Shown: positions 1-8,587 of the stretch, one piece after another
Layout of the letters: the number at the start of each line of letters is the position of its first letter
Position numbering within the stretch: the first letter of the stretch is position 1
Assembly (NCBI GenBank): GCA_036570225.1
Contig: DATCPG010000331.1
Span: forward strand, 1 to 47,056
DNA length: 47,056 bases
Origin: Gemmatimonadaceae bacterium
Lineage (GTDB): Bacteria; Gemmatimonadota; Gemmatimonadetes; Gemmatimonadales; Gemmatimonadaceae
Direction of reading: 5' to 3'
Made by a program: the position numbers and the translations under genes
The notes under the pieces: generated by a model
Told to the model about the DNA's origin: nothing
What the model saw: only the letters and a program-made list of their open reading frames with translations
The model's database searches: none

Positions 1-771
1 GTCGGTGATGCGTCGCAGGCGGGCGTCAATTCCCGCGGTGAGCTGATCGTCAAGCTGCGAGAGCTGCTCGATGACACGAGGTTCTTCCAAACGCACAGAG
101 ATGCGTTCGATCGCGCGCAAACGAGGCCGTTCTCGGCGAGCAGACTGGATCTGCAAGCCATGATTCCCGTCATACAGGGCAAGCTCCCATTGCTTGTAGT
201 CGTCGATCGCGCATCGGACATCGATGCCGCGATGAGGATCGCCCGCGAGTTCAACGTAAAGCTCGTGATCGGCGGAGGAGCGGAAGGCTGGATGATGGCA
301 GACAAGCTCGCGGCGGCGCGCATCCCGGTTCTCACCGGCGCCATGAACAACATTCCGGCTGGCTTCGCCGCGCTCGGCCAACGGCAGGAGAACGCTGCAC
401 TCCTGAGAAAGGCGGGCGTGGAGGTCGCGCTCATCGGCAACGCCGGTGGAGGCGACGAGGAAGCGTTCAATGTCCGCAATCTGAAGCAGGAAGCCGGCAA
501 CGCGGTCGCGTATGGAATGACGTGGGACGATGCGTTGCGAGCGGTGACACTCGCCCCGGCACAGATCTTCGGCGTGGCGGATCGCGTCGGATCACTTCAG
601 CCAGGGCGAGAGGGCAATGTCGTGGTATGGACCGGCGACCCGTTCGAATTCACGACGAGGGCGGAGCACGTGTTCATTCGCGGCCACGAGTACAACGACA
701 AGACTCGGCAGGATCTCCTGATGGAGCGCTACAAAACTTTGCCAGCCACGCACAACTCGCCACCGCAGTAA
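1..771 (+). CDS. Amidohydrolase-family protein, C-terminal part (5' end outside window)
   Basis: Frame 1 is open from base 1 to TAA at 769-771. It has typical amidohydrolase C-terminal motifs (ALRAVTLAPAQIFGVADRVGSLQPGREGNVVVW, VFIRG). Confidence 0.85.
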   Translation, partial: VGDASQAGVNSRGELIVKLRELLDDTRFFQTHRDAFDRAQTRPFSASRLDLQAMIPVIQGKLPLLVVVDRASDIDAAMRIAREFNVKLVIGGGAEGWMMADKLAAARIPVLTGAMNNIPAGFAALGQRQENAALLRKAGVEVALIGNAGGGDEEAFNVRNLKQEAGNAVAYGMTWDDALRAVTLAPAQIFGVADRVGSLQPGREGNVVVWTGDPFEFTTRAEHVFIRGHEYNDKTRQDLLMERYKTLPATHNSPPQ

Positions 772-785
772 GCACGTCGCCCGGT

Positions 786-825
786 AAGAAAAAAGGCTCC
801 CGGATTCTCCGGCAGCCTTTTCTTT
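786..825. terminator. Bidirectional intrinsic terminator
   Basis: Hairpin AAAAGGCT-C-CCGGA-ttc-TCCGG-C-AGCCTTTT flanked by A and T tracts, lying between two convergent genes. Confidence 0.8.
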
Positions 826-849
826 AGAGTGAGCAGGATTCGCCTGCTG

Positions 850-1206
850 TCAGCTCGCCGACGTGGGGTAGTCTTCGCTCGTGGAGGACGTCCCGCTTGT
901 TCCCGCGCCAGACGACGGGCGCGACGCCGCCGACTGCTGCCGTCTGAGCTCGATCTCTGCTTCGAGTCGTGCCGCTTCTGTATCGTGCGTTTCAAGGGTC
1001 GCGCTCAAGCGGTCAAAGGTCGCTGCATCAAGATCCCTTCCGCTTTTTTTCGCGCGATAGACAGCGTAGCCAAGCGACTGCGCGGACTTATCGGCAAGCT
1101 GTCGGGTGCGGAATGCTTCGAGTCGCGTCTTGCCGTCGTCAAAGGCATCCTGCGCGGCCTTTCCGGCGCGGTCGAGCTCCTGTTTCAATCGATCGAGTAA
1201 TGGCAT
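850..1206 (-). CDS. Hypothetical helical/coiled-coil protein (118 aa)
   Basis: ATG at 1206 (MPLLDRLKQELDRAGKAAQDAF...). Charged amphipathic helices and a Ser-rich tail; fills the gap between two terminators. Confidence 0.7.
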   Translation of the reverse strand: MPLLDRLKQELDRAGKAAQDAFDDGKTRLEAFRTRQLADKSAQSLGYAVYRAKKSGRDLDAATFDRLSATLETHDTEAARLEAEIELRRQQSAASRPSSGAGTSGTSSTSEDYPTSAS

Positions 1207-1274
1207 CGTGGTCTCGCGTAAGAGGTAGCTGCACTCAATCTTACGCAATTCTATGGCCCATTGTTTCGGAAAAT

Positions 1275-1299
1275 AAAAAAGCCCCAAAGGGGCTTTTTT
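1275..1299 (-). terminator. Intrinsic terminator after rpmA
   Basis: AAAAAAGCCCC-aaa-GGGGCTTTTTT perfect inverted repeat with U-tract, about 20 nt past the rpmA stop. Confidence 0.9.
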
Positions 1300-1320
1300 C
1301 TCAGAACGCTTCGCAGAGCT

Positions 1321-1590
1321 TTACGCTGCTGTCTCGGTCGCTGGGTAAACGCTCACCTTGTAGCGCGTCTTGCTCTTGTGCTCGAACTTCACGACGCCGT
1401 CGATCAACGAGTAGATCGTGAAATCCGTGCCAAGTCCGACGTTGCGGCCCGGGTGCCATTTCGTACCGCACTGACGGACGATGATGTTGCCGGCGACCAC
1501 TTTCTCGCCACCGAATTTCTTGACGCCACGGTACTGCGGGTTGCTGTCCCGTCCGTTCCGGGATGAGCCGACGCCTTTCTTGTGTGCCAT
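1321..1590 (-). CDS. rpmA: 50S ribosomal protein L27
   Basis: [16 protein letters not shown]...GVKKFGG...[15 protein letters not shown]. No N-terminal extension; TAATG overlap with rplU. Confidence 0.99.
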   Translation of the reverse strand: MAHKKGVGSSRNGRDSNPQYRGVKKFGGEKVVAGNIIVRQCGTKWHPGRNVGLGTDFTIYSLIDGVVKFEHKSKTRYKVSVYPATETAA

Positions 1591-1928
1591 TACTTTTCTC
1601 CCCCGCTCTTCTTGCCGAAGGCGATATCCTTGATGCGGACCTCGGTGAACTTCTGCCGGTGGCCCTGCTTTTTCGCGTAGTTCTTGCGGCGCTTCATCTT
1701 GAAGACGACGATCTTGTCGCTCTTGCCCTGCTTGACGATCTCGGCCGTGACGTGCGCGCCTTTGACTCCGGGTGCGCCGACGTGCGTCTTGTCGCCGTCG
1801 GAGCCGAGAATGACATCGTCAAACGTGACCTTGGCTCCAGCATCGCCCGGAAGGCTCGGAACTCGGATCGTTTTGCCAGCTTCGGCGCGGTACTGTTTGC
1901 CGCCCGTTCTGATAATTGCGTAAGTCAT
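1590..1928 (-). CDS. rplU: 50S ribosomal protein L21
   Basis: [11 protein letters not shown]...[20 protein letters not shown]. Confidence 0.99.
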   Translation of the reverse strand: MTYAIIRTGGKQYRAEAGKTIRVPSLPGDAGAKVTFDDVILGSDGDKTHVGAPGVKGAHVTAEIVKQGKSDKIVVFKMKRRKNYAKKQGHRQKFTEVRIKDIAFGKKSGGEK

Positions 1929-1966
1929 AGACTTTGTTGCTGTTAAGTAATGCCGTGCAGCCTCGA

Positions 1967-1995
1967 AAGTTAAACGGGGCTGTCGCTTAGGTCAA
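1967..1995 (-). promoter_or_regulatory. Sigma70-type promoter of rplU-rpmA
   Basis: Minus strand TTGACC (1995-1990), 17 nt spacer, TAACTT (1972-1967). Confidence 0.7.
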
Positions 1996-2024
1996 CCGGT
2001 CTTTACCTGCGAGACGAGTTGGGT

Positions 2025-3614
2025 TTACGCGATCGCGTACTGGTGGGTGACGTCCCTGCCCTGCGCCTTCACCACCAGCTTGAACTCGTCCGGCTTCAGA
2101 AGCGGATCGTCCCGGAACTCGAGCGAAAAGTTCGCCGCCTTCTGTAGCTTCTGGGCGAGATCGCGCTCCTGCTCGAGGACGTACATCGCGACGTCCGGGT
2201 GCAGCTTGATGAGCAGGTTGTCGCGGCGGCCTTCGACGGCCATGCGCTTCACCGAGCGCTCCATGCGACGAACGATCGTCTCCGGCGTGAGCACGCGACC
2301 GGTTCCGTTGCAGGTTGGGCATGCTTCGGTCGACGACTGGTAGTGGCTCTGCCTCACGCGTTGCCGCGTCATCTCGATCAGTCCGAGGTCGCTCACGGCG
2401 AACGCCTTGGTGCGGGCGCGATCGCGGGAGAGGTGCTGTCTCAGCTCCTGAAGCACGCGCTCACGATTCGCCTTCGTCTCCATATCGATGAAATCGCAGA
2501 CGATGATGCCACCGACATCCCGCAAACGAAGCTGGCGAGCCACTTCCTGCGCGGCTTCCATGTTCGTTCGGAGAACCGTCTTCTCGGGATCCTTCTTTCC
2601 AGTGTAGCGTCCCGAGTTCACGTCGATCGAAACGAGTGCCTCCGTGGGCTCGACGATCAGATACCCGCCCGAAGGGAGGTCGCAGCGCCGCTTGAAGATG
2701 TCGCGGATCTCTGACTCGATTCCCGCGGTGTCGAACAGCGGCACCTGGGCCTCGTGCAGCTTGACGCGCGCAATGAGGTCTGGAGCGATGTCCTTCAGGT
2801 AGCCGACGATCTCGTTGTAGACCTGCTTCGAGTCCACCGTCAGGCTGTCGACCTTGTCGCTGAAAATGTCGCGCACGAGCCCGCGGGTGAGACCGCTCTC
2901 GCGATTGACCAGGGAAGGCGCCTTCTGGAAGTGCATCTTCCGTTTGATCTTCTTCCATTGCGCCATGAGGCTGTTCAGCTCGCGCTGGAGCATCTCGGGC
3001 GTGACGTCTTCGCTGACGGTCCGGACGATTACGCCGCCCGACTTCTCAGGCAGAATGTTCTGGACCTGTTCCTTGAGACGGGCGCGCTCGGCGGAGGATC
3101 CGATTTTTCTGCTGACGCCGACTTTGGACGAGTCAGGGATATAGACCAGGAATCGGCCGGCCAATGAGATCTGCGCCGTTACCCGGGGACCCTTGGTAGA
3201 GATTGGCTCCTTGGAGATCTGAACCAGAATCTCCTGCCCGCGCTTGAGTCCTTCCTGAATGGGCGGTGCCTTGGCGCGTCGTCCGTTGCCGTTGCTGCCG
3301 TTGCCGTTGCCGTTTTTCTTGGCGACTGGCTCGTCGGTTTCGTCGTCGTCTTCTTCATCGTCGTCGTCTTCCGCCTCATCGGCGGACTGGCGAACCAGGT
3401 CGGACGCGTGGAGGAAGGCGCTCTTTTCGGTGCCTATGTCGACGAAGGCGGCCTGGATACCCGGGAGTACGGCATCGACCCGGCCGAGATATATGTCACC
3501 GACCATGCGTCGGTTGTCTGGACGGTCGGCGAGGAGCTCAACGAGCTTCCCGTCCTCCAGAATCGCGATCCGCGTTTCGCGCGGAGCCGCGTTTATGAGG
3601 ATTTCTCTTTTCAT
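2025..3614 (-). CDS. Rne/Rng family endoribonuclease (RNase G-like, no C-terminal scaffold)
   Basis: GDIYLGRV..V.PGIQAAFVDIG, KEPISTKGPR, IDVNSG, RLRDVGGIIVCDFIDM, GLIEMTRQR, and the Zn-link CPTCNGTG. Confidence 0.95.
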   Translation of the reverse strand: MKREILINAAPRETRIAILEDGKLVELLADRPDNRRMVGDIYLGRVDAVLPGIQAAFVDIGTEKSAFLHASDLVRQSADEAEDDDDEEDDDETDEPVAKKNGNGNGSNGNGRRAKAPPIQEGLKRGQEILVQISKEPISTKGPRVTAQISLAGRFLVYIPDSSKVGVSRKIGSSAERARLKEQVQNILPEKSGGVIVRTVSEDVTPEMLQRELNSLMAQWKKIKRKMHFQKAPSLVNRESGLTRGLVRDIFSDKVDSLTVDSKQVYNEIVGYLKDIAPDLIARVKLHEAQVPLFDTAGIESEIRDIFKRRCDLPSGGYLIVEPTEALVSIDVNSGRYTGKKDPEKTVLRTNMEAAQEVARQLRLRDVGGIIVCDFIDMETKANRERVLQELRQHLSRDRARTKAFAVSDLGLIEMTRQRVRQSHYQSSTEACPTCNGTGRVLTPETIVRRMERSVKRMAVEGRRDNLLIKLHPDVAMYVLEQERDLAQKLQKAANFSLEFRDDPLLKPDEFKLVVKAQGRDVTHQYAIA

Positions 3615-3809
3615 TGTCGCCGTCTCTTCCCAATGCTCGGCGACTCGACGAGTAAAGAAAAGGACGGTCCAAAAAAGTCCGCGCGGTCGTGCTACAGGGC
3701 CGCGTTATGATTACCTGTGTACTTCACCTTCGGCGCTCCCACTCCATGTTTCCGGGACCCGCGAGTCGCGCGAGTGCCCCATGCCTTGGGAGCCACAGTC
3801 AGTGCGAGC

Positions 3810-3839
3810 AATCTAGCGCCAAACCGAGTGTTTCCGCAA
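3810..3839 (-). promoter_or_regulatory. Putative promoter of the rne/rng leader
   Basis: Minus strand TTGCGG (3839-3834), 18 nt spacer, TAGATT (3815-3810), directly upstream of a structured ~190-nt leader. Confidence 0.45.
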
Positions 3840-3904
3840 CGGTGACAACAACTTACGAGCGCGAATGAAGCTCGGGGCGCCAGACACGTATGTGACGCCT
3901 GGAC

Positions 3905-4459
3905 TCAGATTCCGGTCACGGTTCTGTAGATGAGCCAGCCGATCACGACCAGGAAAGTCACGCCGGCTTTCCACTCGCCGTGCTTCATATAGAGGTCGAA
4001 GCTGAACCCGCCTTCGTTCGTGTCTGGATGGGTAGCCTTCCAGGGAGTCGGCCTTGGGACAAAGGCCGGGACGTTCGCGGCGTAGGCCTGGTACGCGTCA
4101 GGAAACCTGCCAGCGATGTTGACTTTCTCGCGCTGCATCGTCGGGGCGTAGATCAGAACGAAGAAAGCGACCACCAGTAGCAGCAAGGCCCAGTGCGCCG
4201 CAATCGCGAAGCCCGCCGAGATAAGGAAGCTGCCGAAATAGAGAGGATTCCTGGTGTGGGCGTAGGGCCCCGTTGTCGCGAGCCGTTCGTTCTTGGAGAT
4301 ATGACCCGAAGCCCAGCCGCGGATGAGAACACCTACGAATGCCACCGCCCCGCCGACCGCCAAAGTCAGTAGCGTAGGTCGCGCGAAAACCAGATAGGTG
4401 AGGCCGAGGAGGAAGCCGAGCGGAAGTCGCAGCCGCTTGGCGATCTCGGAATAGGTCAA
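3905..4459 (-). CDS. Isoprenylcysteine carboxyl methyltransferase (ICMT/PEMT)-family membrane protein
   Basis: LATTGPYAHTRNPLYFG, RE...F...Y..Y...VPAFVP motifs and several TM helices. Start inferred as TTG in a TTGA overlap with the upstream stop (4456-4459). Confidence 0.85.
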   Translation of the reverse strand: MTYSEIAKRLRLPLGFLLGLTYLVFARPTLLTLAVGGAVAFVGVLIRGWASGHISKNERLATTGPYAHTRNPLYFGSFLISAGFAIAAHWALLLLVVAFFVLIYAPTMQREKVNIAGRFPDAYQAYAANVPAFVPRPTPWKATHPDTNEGGFSFDLYMKHGEWKAGVTFLVVIGWLIYRTVTGI

Positions 4460-5673
4460 TCTGCCAACTCCTTCAGCAGGTGCCGGGCAATGACGAGCCG
4501 CTGTATCTCCGAGGTGCCCTCGCCGATCTCGCAGATCTTCGCGTCGCGGAACATTCGCTCCACCGGGTACTCCTTCGTGTAGCCATAGCCGCCATGTATC
4601 TGGATCGCCTTGATCGTCGTGCGCATCGCCAGCTCCGAGCAGTACAATTTGGCGATCGCAGCCTGCTTGCTGAAGGGCTGCTTGTTCTGCGCGAGCCAAG
4701 CCGCGTGAAACATCAAATGCTTGGCCGCTTCGATCTCGGTCGCCATATCGGAGAGCTGGAACTGGATTCCCTGAAAGTTCGAGATCGGCTGCCCGAACTG
4801 CTTGCGGAGTGTCGAATACCGGAGGGACTGCTCGAACGCTCCCTCAGCAATTCCCAGCGAGAGCGCCGCGATTCCAACCCGGCCGGAATCGAGGGTGCGC
4901 ATGAAATTGTTGAACCCTTCGCCCTCTTCGCCGAGCATGTTCTCGGCGGGCACCTCGACATCCTCGAATATCAGCTCTCGTGTATCAGAGGCGCGCCATC
5001 CCAGCTTGTCCTCCTTCTTGCCGGCGCGAAATCCGCGCATCGATGGGAGCGAGTCGTCGTGACCGATGCCGAGCCTTTCGGCTTTGTCCAGGTCGCTCGC
5101 TTCCTTGGTGACGATGAATGAGCTGATCCCTTTCGTGCCCTTTCCGGGATCGGTTACCGCGGTGACGACAAAGATCTCACCCACACCCCCGTGCGTGATG
5201 AAGATCTTCGTTCCATTCAGCACGTAGTGAGATCCTTTGCGCACAGCCGTTGAGCGTGTGCTGGCAGCATCGCTGCCCGCGCTCGGCTCCGTGAGGCCGA
5301 ACCCGCCCAGAACCTTACCGCTCGCAAGAAGCGGCACGAATCGCTTTTTCTGCGCTGCGGTTCCGAAGTTCACGATTGGCGATGTGCCGAGCGTCGTGTG
5401 AGCGGAAATCGTGATGGCGTGGGAAGCATCGATCTTGGCCATCTCATTGATCACGATCATGTAGCTGAGCAGATCGAGGCCCGCTCCGCCGAGCTCCTCC
5501 GGCCATGGAATGCCGAGGAGTCCGAGCGCTCCCATCTTCTTGACGTTCGCCCACGGGAATTCGGCTTTGGCGTCGAGCTCCGCCGCAACCGGGGCCACCT
5601 CTGAGCGCGCGAACTCGCGCACCATGTTGCGCACCGCGAGGTGCTGCTCTGTGAAATAGAGGGAGTCGTCCAT
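4456..5673 (-). CDS. Acyl-CoA dehydrogenase (short/branched-chain type)
   Basis: GLTEPSAGSDA, LNGTKIFIT, KLGWRASDT, RKQFGQPI, QIHGGYGY, IGEGTSEIQR. Confidence 0.95.
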   Translation of the reverse strand: MDDSLYFTEQHLAVRNMVREFARSEVAPVAAELDAKAEFPWANVKKMGALGLLGIPWPEELGGAGLDLLSYMIVINEMAKIDASHAITISAHTTLGTSPIVNFGTAAQKKRFVPLLASGKVLGGFGLTEPSAGSDAASTRSTAVRKGSHYVLNGTKIFITHGGVGEIFVVTAVTDPGKGTKGISSFIVTKEASDLDKAERLGIGHDDSLPSMRGFRAGKKEDKLGWRASDTRELIFEDVEVPAENMLGEEGEGFNNFMRTLDSGRVGIAALSLGIAEGAFEQSLRYSTLRKQFGQPISNFQGIQFQLSDMATEIEAAKHLMFHAAWLAQNKQPFSKQAAIAKLYCSELAMRTTIKAIQIHGGYGYTKEYPVERMFRDAKICEIGEGTSEIQRLVIARHLLKELAD

Positions 5674-5691
5674 TCCTCGAGCAGTCCGCCG

Positions 5692-8562
5692 CTATTTGTT
5701 CTCTGCCGCCGGATAATTCTCCGGGTACAACGAAACACGCACATAGTTATCCATGCGGAGATACTTCTGTGCGGCGCGCTTGAGGTCGTCAGCGGTCAGT
5801 GCGGCGATGAGCTTCTCCCCGTCTGGAATTTCCTCGAGCCGCCACCCGTTCTGGTCAAAGGTGGCAATCTGGGAGACCCAGTAAGCGTTCTGCTTGAGCG
5901 CCGTCTCGCGTGACCTGAGTGCAGCCTCCTTCACCTTGTTCAGGTATTCCGGCGTTGTTCCGAAACGCTTAAGGCTGTCGATCTGGCCCAGCGCGGCCGC
6001 GGTCAAAGCCTCCAGACGTTCGGGCGCCGAGCCGAAGCCGATCGAGAAGCGATATGACGGCTTCGGGTCACGAGTCGCGCTCGGACCTACGCTGACTCCG
6101 TACGTGCCGCCCAAATTCTCTCGCAGCGCCTCTCGCAGCTTGATGTTGAGCAGCTCTGCGAGCGCGCTCAGGTAGTAGCGGTTCTGTCTCGTGTACTCGA
6201 ACGGACCGGTGAAGACCAGAGCCGTGCGTGCCTTGGGCTCCGTTCCTTTCTTGACGACGCGTTGAACCACGCCCGTTGGCGGACGAACGCCTGTGTCGCG
6301 CCACGTCTCCTTTCTCCCGGTCGATGGAAGAGAGCCGAGCCACTTTGCGACGAGAGGCTTGATGGAATCGGGCTTGAAATTTCCGACGAATACGAACGTG
6401 AAGCCGCTCGCCTCGGCAAATCTGTCCTTGTAGAACGCGTACGACTTGAATGGATCGATGCGATCGAGCTGGGCGGGGGAGATCGGCTGCTCCCGCACCG
6501 AGTGCTGCGCCATCGTCACCTGGAGGGTATCGCTGAACGCGGCCTCGGGGCTCGCGCTGCGGTTGGCGAGAACTCCCTTGAAGCGCCCGATGAAAGTGTT
6601 GACGAGCGAAGTATCGAGGCGCGGCTGGGTGAAATAGAGGTAGATGAGCTCGAGCATTGTGTCCACGTCCCGCTGCGATGCGCTTCCCGAAATTCCCTCG
6701 CTCAAATCGTCGATCCTTGGAAAGACGCTGACCTGCTTGCCCGCCAGAAACTTCTGCAGATCGACAACGGTGAACTTGCCGACACCGCTCGTCATCGGAA
6801 TGAGATCCGCTCCGCTCGCAGCCACGTAACCGGCGTCGGGCAGCAGAGACGCCCCGCCAGGACTGTACGCGGTAAAATTGATCTGATCAGCGTTGAAGTC
6901 CGTCGGCTTGAGGAGCACGCGCACTCCGTTGGAGAGCTTCCACTCGGTGACGCCGACTTCCTTTATTTCCCGGGTCGACACCACCCTGCCACCAGGCGGC
7001 TCCGTCTCGACCAGCTGTTGGGACAGAGCGTTCTCGGTAAATGCCGTGATATTCGCGCCCTTCACGGCATCGAATGCGAGGAGCAGTTCTCCACGCGTCG
7101 GATTGACGACGCCCGGCTTGTCCGGCGACGTCGTTGCCAGCACGCGGTTTCCGGCTGTCATCCACTCGCCCGCTAACCGGTTCACTTCGTCGAGGGTGAT
7201 TGTCGGCAGGAACTGCTTCAGGGCGGCAAGGTCGTAAGCGATGCTCGTCGAGGGCTCGGACTGCAGGAATGCCGAGACGTAAGACTCAGCGTAGACGCTC
7301 GAGTTCGTTTTTTCCCGTTCGGTGTACGCCTGCTCGGTTCCGCGCAGGTAGTCTTTCTTGGCACGATCGAGCTCGGACTGAAGGAATCCAAATCGCCTGA
7401 CTCTTTCGCCTTCGGTAAGCAATGCGTTGAGCCCGCGAGGGATTCCATTGTCGGCCACGATTGCCGTCAGCGAGAAAGACTCCGCTGAACGGACCAGATC
7501 ACCCTGCGATGCGAACGCGTTGATGAATGGCGGATTTGGTTTCTGGATGATCTCGGAGAAACGATCGTTGAACATCCCGGCGAACAATCCTTCGACCAGG
7601 TGTTGTCTGTAAGTCGACACCGTCGTGTTGAAACGCTTGGGTTGCTTGTAGAGCAGTCTGATCACCGATCGCGTCGCTTCCTTGTCGCTGTTGATCGAGA
7701 CGAGGGTGCTGTCGTGAGAGGGCACCGGAGAAAGTGGGCGGGGACGAGGGTTCGTCGCGGGCGGGATCGCGCCGAGGTAGCGTCGAATCAGAGCCTCGAC
7801 GTCCGCCTTGTTGAAGTCGCCAACCGCAACAACCGCCATCAGGTCCGGACGATACCAATCGGTGTAGAAACGCCGTAGCGTCGCCGGGGTGTAGGTCTCG
7901 AGAGTCTTCTTGTCGCCGATCGGAATTCGCTCGCCGTACTTGGACCCGGTGAACAGCACCGGGAACCACTTGTTCTGCATGCGGTTCTCGGCCCCCTGCC
8001 CCAGGCGCCACTCCTCGATCACGACCGGGCGCTCCTTCTCGATCTGCGACGGTTCAAGCGCGAGATTGTGCGCCCACTCGGAGAGAATCTGAAATCCCTT
8101 GTCCACAATTGCGGCGGTGTCCGTGGGAATCGTGAGCATGTACACGGTTTCGTCGAAGCTGGTGAATGCGTTGATGTCGGGGCCATACCGCATCCCCACT
8201 GATTCCAGATAGCTCGAGACCTGATTTCCAGGGAACGTCTTCGTTCCGCGAAACGCCATGTGCTCGAGCATATGGGCAAGCCCGCGCTGATCGTTGTCCT
8301 CGAGCACCGAGCCCGCGTTGACAACCAGCCTCAGCTCGGCGCGCTTTTCCGGCTTGTGATTCTCGCGAATGTAATAGCGCAGCCCGTTCGGGAGCGTGCC
8401 CACTGTCACGGCCGTGTCGAACGGAAGTGGACTACCGGGCGAGCCGACGGTTGCCTCCTGGGCGGACGCGAGAGAGGCGAAGACAACGCACAGGCCGGCG
8501 AAGACCGATGCACGGTGCAGCGCGGCAACGTCGTACAGAGTGTTTGATCTCATTCGAATCAT
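5692..8562 (-). CDS. Exported M16 family zinc metallopeptidase (PqqL-like)
   Basis: Inverted zincin motif HMLEH, NAFTSFDET, duplicated LPNGL/LSNGV domains, LRENLGGTY; signal-peptide-like ...ASLASA/QE. Start could be 8562 or 8553. Confidence 0.92.
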   Translation of the reverse strand: MIRMRSNTLYDVAALHRASVFAGLCVVFASLASAQEATVGSPGSPLPFDTAVTVGTLPNGLRYYIRENHKPEKRAELRLVVNAGSVLEDNDQRGLAHMLEHMAFRGTKTFPGNQVSSYLESVGMRYGPDINAFTSFDETVYMLTIPTDTAAIVDKGFQILSEWAHNLALEPSQIEKERPVVIEEWRLGQGAENRMQNKWFPVLFTGSKYGERIPIGDKKTLETYTPATLRRFYTDWYRPDLMAVVAVGDFNKADVEALIRRYLGAIPPATNPRPRPLSPVPSHDSTLVSINSDKEATRSVIRLLYKQPKRFNTTVSTYRQHLVEGLFAGMFNDRFSEIIQKPNPPFINAFASQGDLVRSAESFSLTAIVADNGIPRGLNALLTEGERVRRFGFLQSELDRAKKDYLRGTEQAYTEREKTNSSVYAESYVSAFLQSEPSTSIAYDLAALKQFLPTITLDEVNRLAGEWMTAGNRVLATTSPDKPGVVNPTRGELLLAFDAVKGANITAFTENALSQQLVETEPPGGRVVSTREIKEVGVTEWKLSNGVRVLLKPTDFNADQINFTAYSPGGASLLPDAGYVAASGADLIPMTSGVGKFTVVDLQKFLAGKQVSVFPRIDDLSEGISGSASQRDVDTMLELIYLYFTQPRLDTSLVNTFIGRFKGVLANRSASPEAAFSDTLQVTMAQHSVREQPISPAQLDRIDPFKSYAFYKDRFAEASGFTFVFVGNFKPDSIKPLVAKWLGSLPSTGRKETWRDTGVRPPTGVVQRVVKKGTEPKARTALVFTGPFEYTRQNRYYLSALAELLNIKLREALRENLGGTYGVSVGPSATRDPKPSYRFSIGFGSAPERLEALTAAALGQIDSLKRFGTTPEYLNKVKEAALRSRETALKQNAYWVSQIATFDQNGWRLEEIPDGEKLIAALTADDLKRAAQKYLRMDNYVRVSLYPENYPAAENK

Positions 8563-8587
8563 GGCTTTGGTTGCGGGCGCCTGTTCG

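Noticed and set aside
3281-3312. Short tandem GCCGTT repeats
   Set aside because: They encode the Asn-Gly run of the RNase insertion; not a CRISPR array or an independent repeat element.
3708-3736. Glycine-riboswitch-like string CGCCGAAGGUGAAGUACACAGGUAA in the rne leader
   Set aside because: It lacks the 5' GGAGA and the CUCUCAGG-type ligand nucleotides, and the downstream gene is unrelated to glycine. Kept only as part of the unnamed structured leader.
3846-3904. Weak hairpins after the ICMT-like gene
   Set aside because: Imperfect stems without a clear U-tract; not enough support to call a terminator or ncRNA.
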